DNA of 64,000 bases from Acidobacteriota bacterium (GTDB taxonomy: Bacteria; Acidobacteriota; UBA890). Of this stretch, positions 40,415 to 50,670 are shown in pieces. A model generated the notes under the pieces. That model saw nothing but the letters and a program-made list of their open reading frames with translations. It was not told the origin of the DNA and searched no databases. A program made the position numbers and the translations under genes. How positions within the stretch are numbered: the stretch's first letter is position 1; each line of letters begins with the position of its first letter. The stretch covers positions 210,214-274,213 of the forward strand of contig CBDCBL010000009.1 of NCBI GenBank assembly GCA_965214245.1, read 5' to 3'.

Positions 40415-41671
40415 ATGCCCGACCCGGTGCCGGCGATCGCCGGCCTGGTGCTCCTGCTCGCGTTGTCTGGTTTCTTCTCCGGCTCCGAGACCGCCCTCAT
40501 CGCGGTCAATCGCTACCGACTCAGCTACCTGGCGCACCGCGGTGACCGGCGCGCCGCGGCCGTACGTTCTCTGGTATCCAATCCGGAGCGCATGCTGTCG
40601 ACAATCCTCGTCGGCAACAACTTCGCGAACATCGCGGCGTCGGCTCTGGCGACGATGATCGCCATTCGCCTGGTCGGCGAGGAAGGCGCGATCTACGCCA
40701 CTGTGGTGATGACCACGCTGATCCTGGTGTTCTCAGAGATCGCTCCGAAGACGCTTGCCGCCCGGTCTCCCGAGAGAGTCTCGTTCTGGGTGGCGCCGCC
40801 CATCGGGCTGCTCGTAAAGCTGCTGCATCCCATCGCCAGCACCGCGGTCGTCGTCGCCAACGCGGCGCTCTGGTTCTTCGGCAGACCATCGCCGGATTCG
40901 CACGTTGTCTCCGAGGAGGAGATCAAGGGCATGATCTTCCTCGGCGAGGAAGAACTGGCGATCGCCCGCGAGAAGCGTCTGATGCTGCACGGCATCTTTC
41001 GCCTCGGCGACCTGACGATCGAGGACGTCATGATTCCGCGCACCAAGGTCGTGGCGGTCGATATCGACGCGTCGCCACGTGAGATCATCGACGTGATCCG
41101 GCGCTCCGGCTACACACGCTTCCCCGTGTGCCGGGGCACCCTGGACGACGTCGTCGGCGTGATGAACTCGAAGGACATGTTCAAGTACTCGGAACGGCTC
41201 GAAGATCTGCAGCTCGGACAACTCACGAGACAGCCGTTGTTCATTCCGGAGTCGGCCACGTTACAGTCCGCGTTGCAGGCGTTTCGCGAGCAGCGACAGC
41301 ATCTCGCGATCGTGATCGATGAGTACGGCGGCGTAGAAGGCATCGTGTCGCTCGAGGACCTTCTCGAGGAAATCGTCGGCGAGATCGACGATGAGTTCGA
41401 CTTGCCGCAAATGCCGCAGGTCATGGAGCTCGACGGCGGCGCCCTGCGAGCCGTCGGCAGCTGCCCCTTGGCAGTCCTGAACCAGCGCTACGGGCTCGAG
41501 CTCGAAGCGGCGGAGAGCCATACCCTGGCCGGCCTGATCCTCGAGATCAGCGGGCATGTTCCGGTCACCGGCGAGCGGATTGCGTACAAGAACCTCGAGT
41601 TGATCGTCGAGCGCGCCGTGCCCAACCGCATCGACCAAGTACGCATCGAGCAGGCCGTCGCAAAACCCTGA
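40415..41671 (+). CDS. CNNM/HlyC-CorC family transporter (DUF21-CBS pair-CorC_HlyC; TlyC-like)
   Basis: DUF21 TM domain starting MPDPVPAIAGLVLLLALSGFFSGSETAL, two CBS domains, C-terminal CorC/HlyC domain. Confidence 0.8.
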   Translation: MPDPVPAIAGLVLLLALSGFFSGSETALIAVNRYRLSYLAHRGDRRAAAVRSLVSNPERMLSTILVGNNFANIAASALATMIAIRLVGEEGAIYATVVMTTLILVFSEIAPKTLAARSPERVSFWVAPPIGLLVKLLHPIASTAVVVANAALWFFGRPSPDSHVVSEEEIKGMIFLGEEELAIAREKRLMLHGIFRLGDLTIEDVMIPRTKVVAVDIDASPREIIDVIRRSGYTRFPVCRGTLDDVVGVMNSKDMFKYSERLEDLQLGQLTRQPLFIPESATLQSALQAFREQRQHLAIVIDEYGGVEGIVSLEDLLEEIVGEIDDEFDLPQMPQVMELDGGALRAVGSCPLAVLNQRYGLELEAAESHTLAGLILEISGHVPVTGERIAYKNLELIVERAVPNRIDQVRIEQAVAKP

Positions 41672-41733
41672 TGCGTCTGGCGCGTGGGTGTTGCGACGTC
41701 GAGCGACATGCGTAGCGCAACACGCTAGCCCGG

Positions 41734-42870
41734 CTAGTGCCGGTACGAAGCTCCCGACAAGCGGCGTTCCAAGGCGGCCGTTGCGCCGTTGAAGCGCCGC
41801 TCAAACTGCAACCGCCAACCATCACCTTCGGTCTCGAGCGCCAGCCGCTCGATGGTGACGTCCTCGCTGCGCTCGTCGAGTTGCGCCAGCAACTCCTTCG
41901 CCGCCGCTTCGTCGTGCAGCCAAACGCTGTACTGCTCGGCGAGGAGACCGCCGCTCTCGACTTCTTTTGCCGCGGCGGCAAGCGGCGCCAGCAGCACTTT
42001 ACCGACGTTTTCCCAGTCCCAGTTGTCGGCGGCGCGATCCATCCCCGTGGCTACGCACGCGGCCTGCACCAGACGCTCGAAGAACGGATGCTCGTCGTCG
42101 GAGCTTTCGAATCCAGCCCACGCCGGCATCTCGGCGAGCAGTGCCGTCGGAAACGAGAACTTGAGGGGCCGATGGTGGCGTTCGGAGGGTTTCAAGATCA
42201 CCCCCGGGGCGCCGCGATCTTCGATGTTGCGCATCCAGGCCTCGAGCTCTTCGAGGTGGTCGGCCTCGAACGAACCGACTCGATCGGGTTCCTTCAAGCC
42301 GTGCTTACCGAAGAGCTCATAACGTTCCGCCGACTCCACGGGCTCGCGAACGTCGAGCTCCAGCAGATCGGTTGCGTAGCCGCTGACCTCATCGACGCCG
42401 TTCATGGAACCCGCCTTGGTATACGGAATGCCGCGACCGGCGACGGTCAAGCAGACCACCAAATGCGGGTTGTCTCGAAAGAGCTCATCGGGAATGAAGT
42501 CGGGCGCCCGATCCGTCGTGAAGGCGCAATACCGGCCGTCGCGGGTAAACGCGATCTGTCGACCGCCGATCCACGCCACACGGGCGTGGTAGCCGGGGAC
42601 TTTCTCCTCGACGTAGAACGGGCTGTAGTAATACTTGACGATCGCGTTCGCCAGATGAAAAACCCGGCGGACACGGCCGTAATCGGGAATCACACCCTCT
42701 TCCGTCACGACCAACCCGCGCCCGAGCGCCGGCAGACTGCGCGCCATCCGGTAGCTCGTCGTATCGGCCATGACCTGCTTCACCAGGCCGTCCCGGACCC
42801 GCGGGGCGAGCTTCTCGCGGTCCATGCGGCCGACGAAGTCCTGCAGGCGCCCGATTACCCAATCATCCAC
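41734..42870 (-). CDS. hypothetical protein, weak resemblance to ATP-dependent RNA ligase (Rnl) nucleotidyltransferase motifs
   Basis: 378 aa; EEKVPGYHARV (KxxG, motif I-like) and GAPGVILKPSER (motif IV-like); assignment tentative. Confidence 0.4.
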   Translation of the reverse strand: MDDWVIGRLQDFVGRMDREKLAPRVRDGLVKQVMADTTSYRMARSLPALGRGLVVTEEGVIPDYGRVRRVFHLANAIVKYYYSPFYVEEKVPGYHARVAWIGGRQIAFTRDGRYCAFTTDRAPDFIPDELFRDNPHLVVCLTVAGRGIPYTKAGSMNGVDEVSGYATDLLELDVREPVESAERYELFGKHGLKEPDRVGSFEADHLEELEAWMRNIEDRGAPGVILKPSERHHRPLKFSFPTALLAEMPAWAGFESSDDEHPFFERLVQAACVATGMDRAADNWDWENVGKVLLAPLAAAAKEVESGGLLAEQYSVWLHDEAAAKELLAQLDERSEDVTIERLALETEGDGWRLQFERRFNGATAALERRLSGASYRH

Positions 42871-42919
42871 GACAAATCTCCAGGAAAACTTCGGAAAATC
42901 TTAGCAGGCTCCTGATGCG

Positions 42920-44164
42920 TCAGAACAACGTCACCTCGAAGCGTGCGCCCGCCGCGGCGCGGGTTGTGCCCTCCGGGATCTCGACCCAGCCGTCCGCCGC
43001 CGAGACGCTGGTCAGCGCGCTCGACGCGCGGTATGCCGGTACCGCCTTTCCGTTGACGAGCTTGACAGTGAGGAACTGCCTCTTTCGCGGCGGCGAATGG
43101 ACCTCTTCGGCGAGCTCGGCGCTGACCCGGGAGCGGAAATCGGGCGCCAACCCGGCCATGACGCGCACCATCGGTTCCACGAAGATGTATCCCGTCATCA
43201 GGCACGACGTCGGGAATCCCGGCAGGCCGACGACGGCGGTGTCTCCGACGCGCGCCAGGAGCAGCGGCTTGCCCGGCTTCAGGGCGACGCCGTGGACCAG
43301 AACCTCGCCGAGGCTGCGCACCACGTCCAACACCAGATCGTGGCGGCCCACCGATGTGGCGCCCAAGGTAACCACCAGATCCCACTGCGGGTCCTCGAAG
43401 GCGGCTGCCAACGCCGCAGCGTCGTCGCCCACAACGGGCGAGCGCTCGACCACTGCGGTAGTGGCGGAAAGAAGTGCGCGGAGGGCAACGGAGTTCGAGT
43501 CGTATGACTGGCCCGGCCGCAGCTCTTCGCCCAACGGCACGAGCTCGTCACCGGTCGGAATCAACAAAACGCGAGGTGCCTTCACTACGTCGATCTCCGA
43601 GACTCCGATCGATGCCAGCACGCCCGAGGTCGCGGGGCTCACCAGCTGCCCCGCGGCAATAACGGGGTCGCCGCGGTGCAGATCCTCGCCGCGGCGCGAT
43701 ACGTGCTCCCCGACGTTACTGGGGACATCGACAACCACGCCGTCGCCGTCTTCGCGGGTGTGCTCTACGGGAACCACCGCGTCGCTGCCGCGCGGCAGCT
43801 GCGCCCCCGTCGCTACCTCGATGCAGTTCCCTGCTTGGAGGGCTGCATCGCCCAAGTCACCCGCCAGTATCCGCCCGGCGGCCCGTAGGCGTACGGGAGC
43901 GCCGCCGGTGGCGCCTACCAGGTCGGCAGCGATCACCGCGTACCCGTCCATCGCCGCCCGGTCGGTAGACGGTACGTCGACGGGAGAGCGGATCGAGTCG
44001 ACAGTGACGCGGCCGACGGCCTCCGTTACGTGCACGCGATCGGTGACCGCCGGGCGCTCTGCCAGCGACAGTGCGGTGCGCCGCGCGTCGTCGAACGACA
44101 CGAGCTCTCCGAACGGCTTCATGGCCTGTCGAATCGATGCTGGCTCCATCATAAGCACGGACAT
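42920..44164 (-). CDS. moeA: molybdopterin molybdotransferase MoeA
   Basis: Full MoeA architecture, ...GGVSMGxxD-like LGATSVGRHD; divergent from the Mo-enzyme operon. Confidence 0.8.
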   Translation of the reverse strand: MSVLMMEPASIRQAMKPFGELVSFDDARRTALSLAERPAVTDRVHVTEAVGRVTVDSIRSPVDVPSTDRAAMDGYAVIAADLVGATGGAPVRLRAAGRILAGDLGDAALQAGNCIEVATGAQLPRGSDAVVPVEHTREDGDGVVVDVPSNVGEHVSRRGEDLHRGDPVIAAGQLVSPATSGVLASIGVSEIDVVKAPRVLLIPTGDELVPLGEELRPGQSYDSNSVALRALLSATTAVVERSPVVGDDAAALAAAFEDPQWDLVVTLGATSVGRHDLVLDVVRSLGEVLVHGVALKPGKPLLLARVGDTAVVGLPGFPTSCLMTGYIFVEPMVRVMAGLAPDFRSRVSAELAEEVHSPPRKRQFLTVKLVNGKAVPAYRASSALTSVSAADGWVEIPEGTTRAAAGARFEVTLF

Positions 44165-44366
44165 TGTAGTCGCTGCCGCATGCGGAGGCTCAACAGGCAG
44201 AACGTCGAGCACGTTGATCTGCGGGCCAGCCCGGACCTCTTAACGAGTATCTTTACCCTTTGAAGGTCCAGGCTGAGGTTGCCATCGATCACGGACCGTT
44301 TTAGCGTGCCTGTCGTGTGGCGCCGGGCGCCGCCAGCCCACTTGAACTCAATCGTTCGGAGGTTGC

Positions 44367-44846
44367 ATGGCACGCATCAACGTGACCGTCAACGGGGTCG
44401 AACACAGCCACGAGGTCGAGCCGCGCACGCTCCTGGTGCACTACCTTCGGGAGACGTTGGGGCTCACCGGAACACACGTCGGCTGTGAGACCAGTATTTG
44501 TGGAGCCTGCACCGTCATGATTGATGGGCGAGCCACCAAGTCCTGCACCAAGCTCGCCGTGCAGGTCGACAGCGTAGCTATCATGACCGTCGAAGGCCTT
44601 GCCGCCAACGGTGAGCTGCATCCTCTGCAGCAGAGCTTCTGGGACGACCATGGGCTGCAATGCGGCTTCTGCACGCCGGGAATGCTCCTTTCCGCGGCCC
44701 AACTCCTCGAGCACAACACCGACCCCGATGAAGCCGAGGTCCGGCACGCTCTCGAGGGCAACCTGTGCCGCTGCACGGGTTACCAGAACATCGTGAAAGC
44801 GGTGCAGTCGGCGGCCCGCGTCCTGCGCGAAGGAGGTTCGGCATGA
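44367..44846 (+). CDS. coxS: (2Fe-2S)-binding small subunit of a xanthine-dehydrogenase-family molybdoenzyme (CoxS-like)
   Basis: [43 protein letters not shown]...CGFCTPGM...CRCTGY. Confidence 0.85.
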   Translation: MARINVTVNGVEHSHEVEPRTLLVHYLRETLGLTGTHVGCETSICGACTVMIDGRATKSCTKLAVQVDSVAIMTVEGLAANGELHPLQQSFWDDHGLQCGFCTPGMLLSAAQLLEHNTDPDEAEVRHALEGNLCRCTGYQNIVKAVQSAARVLREGGSA

Positions 44847-47188
44847 GCGAGCCCCAAGCCCCCCAGGTCCCAAAATTCATCGGCGCGAGAATTCGACGCA
44901 AGGAGGATCCGCGGCTGATCACCGGGGCGGCGACCTATACCGACGACATCACGCTCCCCGGAATGCTGTACATGGCGCTGACACGCAGCCCCGAGGCCCA
45001 CGCACGTGTGGTCGGCGTCGATACTTCGACGGCCGTCGCGATGCCCGGCGTGACCGCCGTATACACCGGTGCGGACCTCGCCGACGCCATCGCATCCTTG
45101 CCCTGCGTGCACAGTATCGAGGACCTGAAAGAGCCGCCCCACCCCGCGGTCGCAACCGATCATGTGTGCTACGCCGGAGACGCCGTCGCCGTGGTCATCG
45201 CCGCGACGCCGGCGCAGGCAGAGGACGCGGTGGGCGCCGTCGAGGTCGAGTACGAATCCCTGCCGGTAGTCACCGACATGGTTACCGCCACGGAAGAGGG
45301 CAGCGACCTGGTGCACGAGGCCCTCGGCACCAACATTGCCTGCACCTCGGTGACCGAGGCGGGAGACGTCGCGGCGGCATTCGACAACGCCGAGGTCGTG
45401 GTCTCACAACGTATCGTCAATCAACGCCAGGTGCCGCTGGCCATGGAACCGCGGGCCGTGGTGGCCGAATACGACGCCGGCCACGACAAGCTCACGGTGT
45501 GGACGACGACGCAGGTGCCGCACTTCGTGCGCCTGCTTGTAGCCGCGGTTTGCGGACATCCCGAGCACCGGGTGCGGGTTGTTGCCCCGGAAGTCGGCGG
45601 CGGCTTCGGCAGCAAGCTCAACTTCTACGCCGAAGAGGCGCTGGCACCGTACTTCGCCAAGACCCTCGGGCGCCCGATCAAATGGACCGCCCGGCGTACC
45701 GAGGACATGTTGGTCACGACGCACGGACGCGATCAGGTATGCGACCTCGAGGCCGCGGCCGACAGCGAGGGCAAGTTGCTCGGCCTGAGAATCACGCTCT
45801 ACCAGGATCACGGCGCGTATCACCAGCTGCTGACGCCGGTGATCGCCGGTCTGACGGTGCTCATGATCGGCGGTTGCTACACGGTGGAGAACATTCATGT
45901 CACACAGCACGGTGTGTTTACCAACAAGACGCCGATCGACGCCTACCGCGGCGCCGGCCGGCCGGAGGCGACGTTCATCATCGAGCGGGCGATGGATCTG
46001 ATCGCCGGCGCCGTGAGGAAGGACCCCATCGAGGTGCGGCGGCTCAACTTTCCCGCCGCCGACGCGTTTCCGTTCGCCACGGCGACGGAACTCGAATACG
46101 ACTCGGGTAACTACCAGGCAACGCTCGACAAGCTCGTCGACAGCGTTGATTACGACGCGCTGCGGGCGGAGCAGGAGCAACGCCGCGGCGACGGTGAGCT
46201 GGTCGGCATCGGCCTGTCGACGTATGTCGAGATCTGCGGCATCGGTCCTTCGGCCGCAATGACCGCCGGTGGCTGGGAGGCTTGCGAGCTCGAGGTGCGG
46301 CGCACCGGAGCCGTCGTCGTCAAGACGGGCATCTCGGTGCACGGCCAGGGACAGGAAACGACCTTCGCCCAGATCGTCGCCGATGGCCTCGGCGTGGCGC
46401 TGGACAATGTCGAGGTGATACACGGTGACACCGATACCGTGGAGCAAGGCATCGGCACCTTCGGGTCGCGCGGTCAGGCGGTGGGCGGGGCGGCGCTGTC
46501 GCTTTGCCTCGACACGATCCAAACGAAGGCTCGCCGCATCGCGGCCCACCTGCTGGAAGCAGCGGAAGACGACATCGTGTTCGAGGACGGCAAACTGTTC
46601 CCCAAGGGCGTGCCGGCCAAGGCGCTGGAGTTTCAGCAGATCGTCGACGCCGCCTACGTCGCGCAAGACCTTCCCGAAGCCATGGAGCCCGGCCTTTCAG
46701 CGACGCATTTCTTCGAACCGCCGAACTTCACCTTTCCCTTCGGTGCCCACCTGGCGCTGGTCTCGATCGACGCGCAGACCGGTGTTGTCGACCTCGAGCG
46801 CTACGTCGCGGTCGACGACTGCGGGCGCATCATCAATCCGACGATCGTCGAAGGGCAGCTGCACGGCGGCATTGCCCAAGGCATATCGGAGGCCCTGCTC
46901 GAGAACGGGGTGTATGACACCAACGGCCAACTCGTCAGCGGCTCGTTGATGGACTACGCCATCGCCAAGGCCGATTCCCTGCCCCACCTCGAGCTCCACC
47001 AGACCGAAACCTTGACGCCGGTAAATCCCCTCGGTGCCAAGGGAGTCGGCGAGGCCGGAACGATCGGCAGCCCGGTGGCCGTGATGAACGCGGTCGTCGA
47101 TGCGTTGTCGGCGTTCGGCGTAACGCACATGGACATGCCGGCGTCGCCGCAAAAGGTGTGGCGCGCAATGCAGAGAGGCGCAGAATGA
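44843..47188 (+). CDS. coxL: molybdopterin-binding large subunit, form II CO-dehydrogenase-like (AYRGAGR active-site loop)
   Basis: 782 aa from MSEPQAPQV; GGGFGSK Mo-cofactor motif; [11 protein letters not shown] matches the form II (not form I VAYRCSFR) signature; ATGA overlap with coxS stop. Confidence 0.85.
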   Translation: MSEPQAPQVPKFIGARIRRKEDPRLITGAATYTDDITLPGMLYMALTRSPEAHARVVGVDTSTAVAMPGVTAVYTGADLADAIASLPCVHSIEDLKEPPHPAVATDHVCYAGDAVAVVIAATPAQAEDAVGAVEVEYESLPVVTDMVTATEEGSDLVHEALGTNIACTSVTEAGDVAAAFDNAEVVVSQRIVNQRQVPLAMEPRAVVAEYDAGHDKLTVWTTTQVPHFVRLLVAAVCGHPEHRVRVVAPEVGGGFGSKLNFYAEEALAPYFAKTLGRPIKWTARRTEDMLVTTHGRDQVCDLEAAADSEGKLLGLRITLYQDHGAYHQLLTPVIAGLTVLMIGGCYTVENIHVTQHGVFTNKTPIDAYRGAGRPEATFIIERAMDLIAGAVRKDPIEVRRLNFPAADAFPFATATELEYDSGNYQATLDKLVDSVDYDALRAEQEQRRGDGELVGIGLSTYVEICGIGPSAAMTAGGWEACELEVRRTGAVVVKTGISVHGQGQETTFAQIVADGLGVALDNVEVIHGDTDTVEQGIGTFGSRGQAVGGAALSLCLDTIQTKARRIAAHLLEAAEDDIVFEDGKLFPKGVPAKALEFQQIVDAAYVAQDLPEAMEPGLSATHFFEPPNFTFPFGAHLALVSIDAQTGVVDLERYVAVDDCGRIINPTIVEGQLHGGIAQGISEALLENGVYDTNGQLVSGSLMDYAIAKADSLPHLELHQTETLTPVNPLGAKGVGEAGTIGSPVAVMNAVVDALSAFGVTHMDMPASPQKVWRAMQRGAE

Positions 47189-48045
47189 TCCCCGGAGCCT
47201 TCGAATATCACCGCGCGGGGTCCATATCAGAAGCCGTCGAGCTGCTCGCCGCCAACCAAGACGCCAGGCTGCTGGCCGGGGGGCATAGCCTCCTGCCGAT
47301 GATGAAGCTCCGCCTGGCCGCACCCGCCGTGCTCATCGATATCGGCGGCATCAGCGAGCTGTCGTTCATCAACGCCGAAGACGGCGGGCTTGCGATCGGT
47401 GCCATGACGACGCACGCCGAGGTCGCTGCCAGCGACGATGTGCGGCAGGCACACGCGGCGCTCGCCGAGGCAGCTGCTTCGATCGGCGACGTACAGGTGC
47501 GCAACTGCGGCACCCTTGGCGGCAGCGTAGCCCACGCCGATCCTGCGGCTGACTACGCCGCGGCACTCATGGCGCTCGATGCAGAGATCGATGTCGTCGG
47601 CCCCGCCGGCGAGCGCTCGGTCAACGCGGCCGACCTGTTCACCGGCTTGCTGCAAACCAGTCTCGAGCCCGGGGAACTGCTCGTCAGCGTTTGTTTTCCG
47701 GCATCCGCCGGTCGCAGCGCCTACGAAAAGTTCGCCCAGCCGGCGTCCGGCTTCGCCATCGTTGGCGTCGCCGCGGATGTCGCGACCGATGACACGGGTG
47801 CCTGCAGCGCGGCCCGTGTCGCGGCCACCGGCATATCCGACCGGCCGCTGCGCTTGAGCGCCGTCGAAAACGCCTTGTCGGGCGCGACCCTCGACGCCGA
47901 CAGCATCGCGAGCGCGGCACAGTCCGCCGATGAGGGCATCGCCTACGTCCGCGACGACATGCACGCTGCAGAGGACTATCGGCGGCACCTGTTACGCGTC
48001 GTGGTCGAGCGCGCCGTCGGAAGGGCGGCATCCTGTCGGGTGTGA
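47185..48045 (+). CDS. coxM: FAD-binding medium subunit (CoxM-like)
   Basis: [36 protein letters not shown]; S-L-M gene order typical of form II clusters. Confidence 0.8.
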   Translation: MIPGAFEYHRAGSISEAVELLAANQDARLLAGGHSLLPMMKLRLAAPAVLIDIGGISELSFINAEDGGLAIGAMTTHAEVAASDDVRQAHAALAEAAASIGDVQVRNCGTLGGSVAHADPAADYAAALMALDAEIDVVGPAGERSVNAADLFTGLLQTSLEPGELLVSVCFPASAGRSAYEKFAQPASGFAIVGVAADVATDDTGACSAARVAATGISDRPLRLSAVENALSGATLDADSIASAAQSADEGIAYVRDDMHAAEDYRRHLLRVVVERAVGRAASCRV

Positions 48046-49190
48046 GCGACAGCGCGCCCGAGCCGATTGAGCTGACACGACGCGTGGTTCATCTCGCCGA
48101 GGAACTCGGTTTCGACCGCTGCGCCGTCGCTCCGGTCGAGGAGCTGCCGGCCGGCCTGCGCCTCGAGGAATGGATGGCCCGCGACATGCATGGCAGCATG
48201 GCGTGGATGGCCCGCGATCCGGCGCGTCGCAGCGACCCGCGTCGCGTCGTTCCCGAGGCAAAGTCAGTGGTCGTCGTGGCGATGAACTATCACACCGACG
48301 ACGACGCCAGCCACGATCCGCGAACCGGTTGCATCTCGCGGTACGCCTGGGGAGACGAGTACCACCGCGTTCTCGGGGAGCGTCTCCAGACCTTGGTCGA
48401 AGCCCTCGAGAACCTGGTCCCTGACCTGCAAGGCCGCTGGTACGTCGACACGGGGCCGGTCATGGAGAAAGCGTGGGCCGAGCGTGCCGGCCTCGGCTGG
48501 ATCGGCAAGCACACGAACCTGATTCATCGTGACCTCGGGTCGTGGATTTTTTTGGGCGCCGTGATCACCAACGCGCCCCTGCACGCCAGCAGCGCACACC
48601 GCGACTATTGCGGCACCTGCACCGCGTGCATCGACGTGTGCCCCACCGACGCCATCGTGGCGCCCTACGTTCTGGATGCAAGACGGTGCATCTCGTACCT
48701 GACCATCGAGAACCGCGGCCCCATCCCCGTCGAGTTCCGTACCGCGATGGGCAACCGTGTCTTCGGCTGCGACGATTGTCAGGACGTCTGTCCGTGGAAC
48801 CGCTTCGCTCAGGTGTCCGTCCAGGCCCGGAGCTTCGCGCCGCGCGATCACGCCCGCGCCCCGGCGCTCGTCGAGTTGCTGAAGCTCGACAACGATGAAT
48901 TTCGCTCGCGTTTTCGCGACAGCCCTGTGCTGCGCGCCCGCCGCAACGGGTTTGTCCGCAACGTCGCAGTGGCTCTCGGCAACAGCGGCGACATCACCGC
49001 GGTCGGTCCGCTGATCGAATCTCTCGGTGACGAGGATCCTCTGGTCCGCGGCCACGTTGCGTGGGCCCTGGGGCAGCTGGGCGGACATACGGCCGTCGAC
49101 GGCTTGCGCTCACGCCTGGCGGTGGAGGAGGACGAGAGTGTCCGCCACGAGATCGAGCGGGCGCTCTCCGTGATAGGTTCCGTACCGTGA
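48042..49190 (+). CDS. queG: epoxyqueuosine reductase QueG
   Basis: Two 4Fe-4S ferredoxin motifs (CGTCTACIDVCP; CDDCQDVCP), HEAT-like C-terminus; 4-nt overlap with coxM. Confidence 0.85.
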   Translation: MSDSAPEPIELTRRVVHLAEELGFDRCAVAPVEELPAGLRLEEWMARDMHGSMAWMARDPARRSDPRRVVPEAKSVVVVAMNYHTDDDASHDPRTGCISRYAWGDEYHRVLGERLQTLVEALENLVPDLQGRWYVDTGPVMEKAWAERAGLGWIGKHTNLIHRDLGSWIFLGAVITNAPLHASSAHRDYCGTCTACIDVCPTDAIVAPYVLDARRCISYLTIENRGPIPVEFRTAMGNRVFGCDDCQDVCPWNRFAQVSVQARSFAPRDHARAPALVELLKLDNDEFRSRFRDSPVLRARRNGFVRNVAVALGNSGDITAVGPLIESLGDEDPLVRGHVAWALGQLGGHTAVDGLRSRLAVEEDESVRHEIERALSVIGSVP

Positions 49191-50083
49191 TGCAGATATT
49201 TTGCCTGAGCCGTTTCCGCTTTGCGGCCTCGACCCTCGGCGTCGTGTGCCTATCGGCGATCGTGATGCTACCGCTCACCGCGCCGGCTAAGACGAGAGCC
49301 CCGCAGGAGTCGACGGCACTCGCCTACCCTGTCGACGTCATCGCCGACGGCGACGATCTCATCGTCGCCGACTTCAAGCGCTACGGATTGCTGCGCCTCG
49401 GACCGCAGGGCGTCGTACAGACGATACGTACCGGCGACGGTCTGCCGCGCACGCCCCTGTACGGCACACGCTCGGTGGTCGCGGCCCCAGACGGCAACGG
49501 CTGGCTGGTGGCCGATCCGGCGACCTTCGGCCTGTACCGGGTCGCTGCCGACACGACGCTGTCGACGATCACCACGGAGCTCGATATTCCTCAGGGTCTG
49601 GTGGCCTTCGATGAAGATTCCGTTCTGGTGTCCGACCTGCGCAGCGGCATCGGCGCCGTGATGCGCGTCACGCTCGACGGCATCGTCACGGTCTTTGCCG
49701 AGGTCGACAGCCCCAAGGGCATCGTCGCCGACGGTGAAGGCGGCTTTGTTGTCGTATCGCACGGCGCCCGTGCCCTCTTTCGACTTTCGCGCGACGGTAC
49801 GGTGGACACCCTGATCAGCGGAGCGCCGTTCGATTTCCCGCACGATCTCGTACGACTGGACGATGGCAACTTCGTGGTCACCGACGGCTACGCTGCGGCG
49901 CTGTTTCGGGTCTCTGCCGCCGGAGAGGTCAGCGTTCTGGCGCAGGGACCCCCACTAGTCAATCCGCAGGGCATCACCCGCGCCGCAGATGGCAACCTCG
50001 TCGTCACAGATCCGCAGGCCGGGTCCGTGTTCAGCGTCACGCTCGAAGGCACCGTGTCGACGCTGGCGCGAGCTAGCCGCTAG
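49190..50083 (+). CDS. secreted NHL/SMP-30-like beta-propeller repeat protein
   Basis: Signal peptide MQIFCLSRFRFAAS...; repeated ~40-aa units with V.DxxGNxxVxD pattern. Confidence 0.55.
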   Translation: MQIFCLSRFRFAASTLGVVCLSAIVMLPLTAPAKTRAPQESTALAYPVDVIADGDDLIVADFKRYGLLRLGPQGVVQTIRTGDGLPRTPLYGTRSVVAAPDGNGWLVADPATFGLYRVAADTTLSTITTELDIPQGLVAFDEDSVLVSDLRSGIGAVMRVTLDGIVTVFAEVDSPKGIVADGEGGFVVVSHGARALFRLSRDGTVDTLISGAPFDFPHDLVRLDDGNFVVTDGYAAALFRVSAAGEVSVLAQGPPLVNPQGITRAADGNLVVTDPQAGSVFSVTLEGTVSTLARASR

Positions 50084-50670
50084 TCTCCGGAAATTACGGC
50101 CCACAGCTCAGGGCGCTTCTCGCGCAACTCCTCGTCGGTCAGGCTCGCGAGCTCGTGCGGGAAGACGATCCAACGATTGTCGGCGATCGCGTAGTAATCG
50201 GGTTCGATATCCGTCTCGTTCTTGTCGGGCTTGTAGTAGACGGTGGCGACCTTGCACGTGGGAGTGTTGCGCCGCGCGCGACGACGAATGTCCTCGAGAA
50301 TTGCCACCATCGTGTGCCCGGTATCGAACACGTCGTCGACGAACAACAAGCTGTCCTCGGCGTTCACCACGTCGATCACGTGACCGAGACCTTTCACCTC
50401 GACCGCCGCGCCGAGACGCTGCGCGCCGCGGTACGACTGTGTCTTGATTGTCGTGTGATAAGGCTCGAGGCCGCACAGCCGAAAGAACTCGTGCATCGCC
50501 ACGCCCGGAGGCGTGCCACCGCGCCATATGCCGACTATGCAGTCGGGGCGAAAACCGTCATCCCAGATCTTGCGGGCCAGCACGACGGAATTCAGCAGTA
50601 GCGTTCGCGCATCGACGTAGAGCTTGCCGTCTGGCGAGGACATGGCGCCCGATTCTATCTCGGGCGCCAT
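50080..50670 (-). CDS. phosphoribosyltransferase (purine/xanthine-guanine PRT-like)
   Basis: PRPP-binding loop LLFVDDVFDTGHTM; the ORF-track ORF is N-extended, start taken at MAPEIESG (50670). Confidence 0.6.
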   Translation of the reverse strand: MAPEIESGAMSSPDGKLYVDARTLLLNSVVLARKIWDDGFRPDCIVGIWRGGTPPGVAMHEFFRLCGLEPYHTTIKTQSYRGAQRLGAAVEVKGLGHVIDVVNAEDSLLFVDDVFDTGHTMVAILEDIRRRARRNTPTCKVATVYYKPDKNETDIEPDYYAIADNRWIVFPHELASLTDEELREKRPELWAVISGD

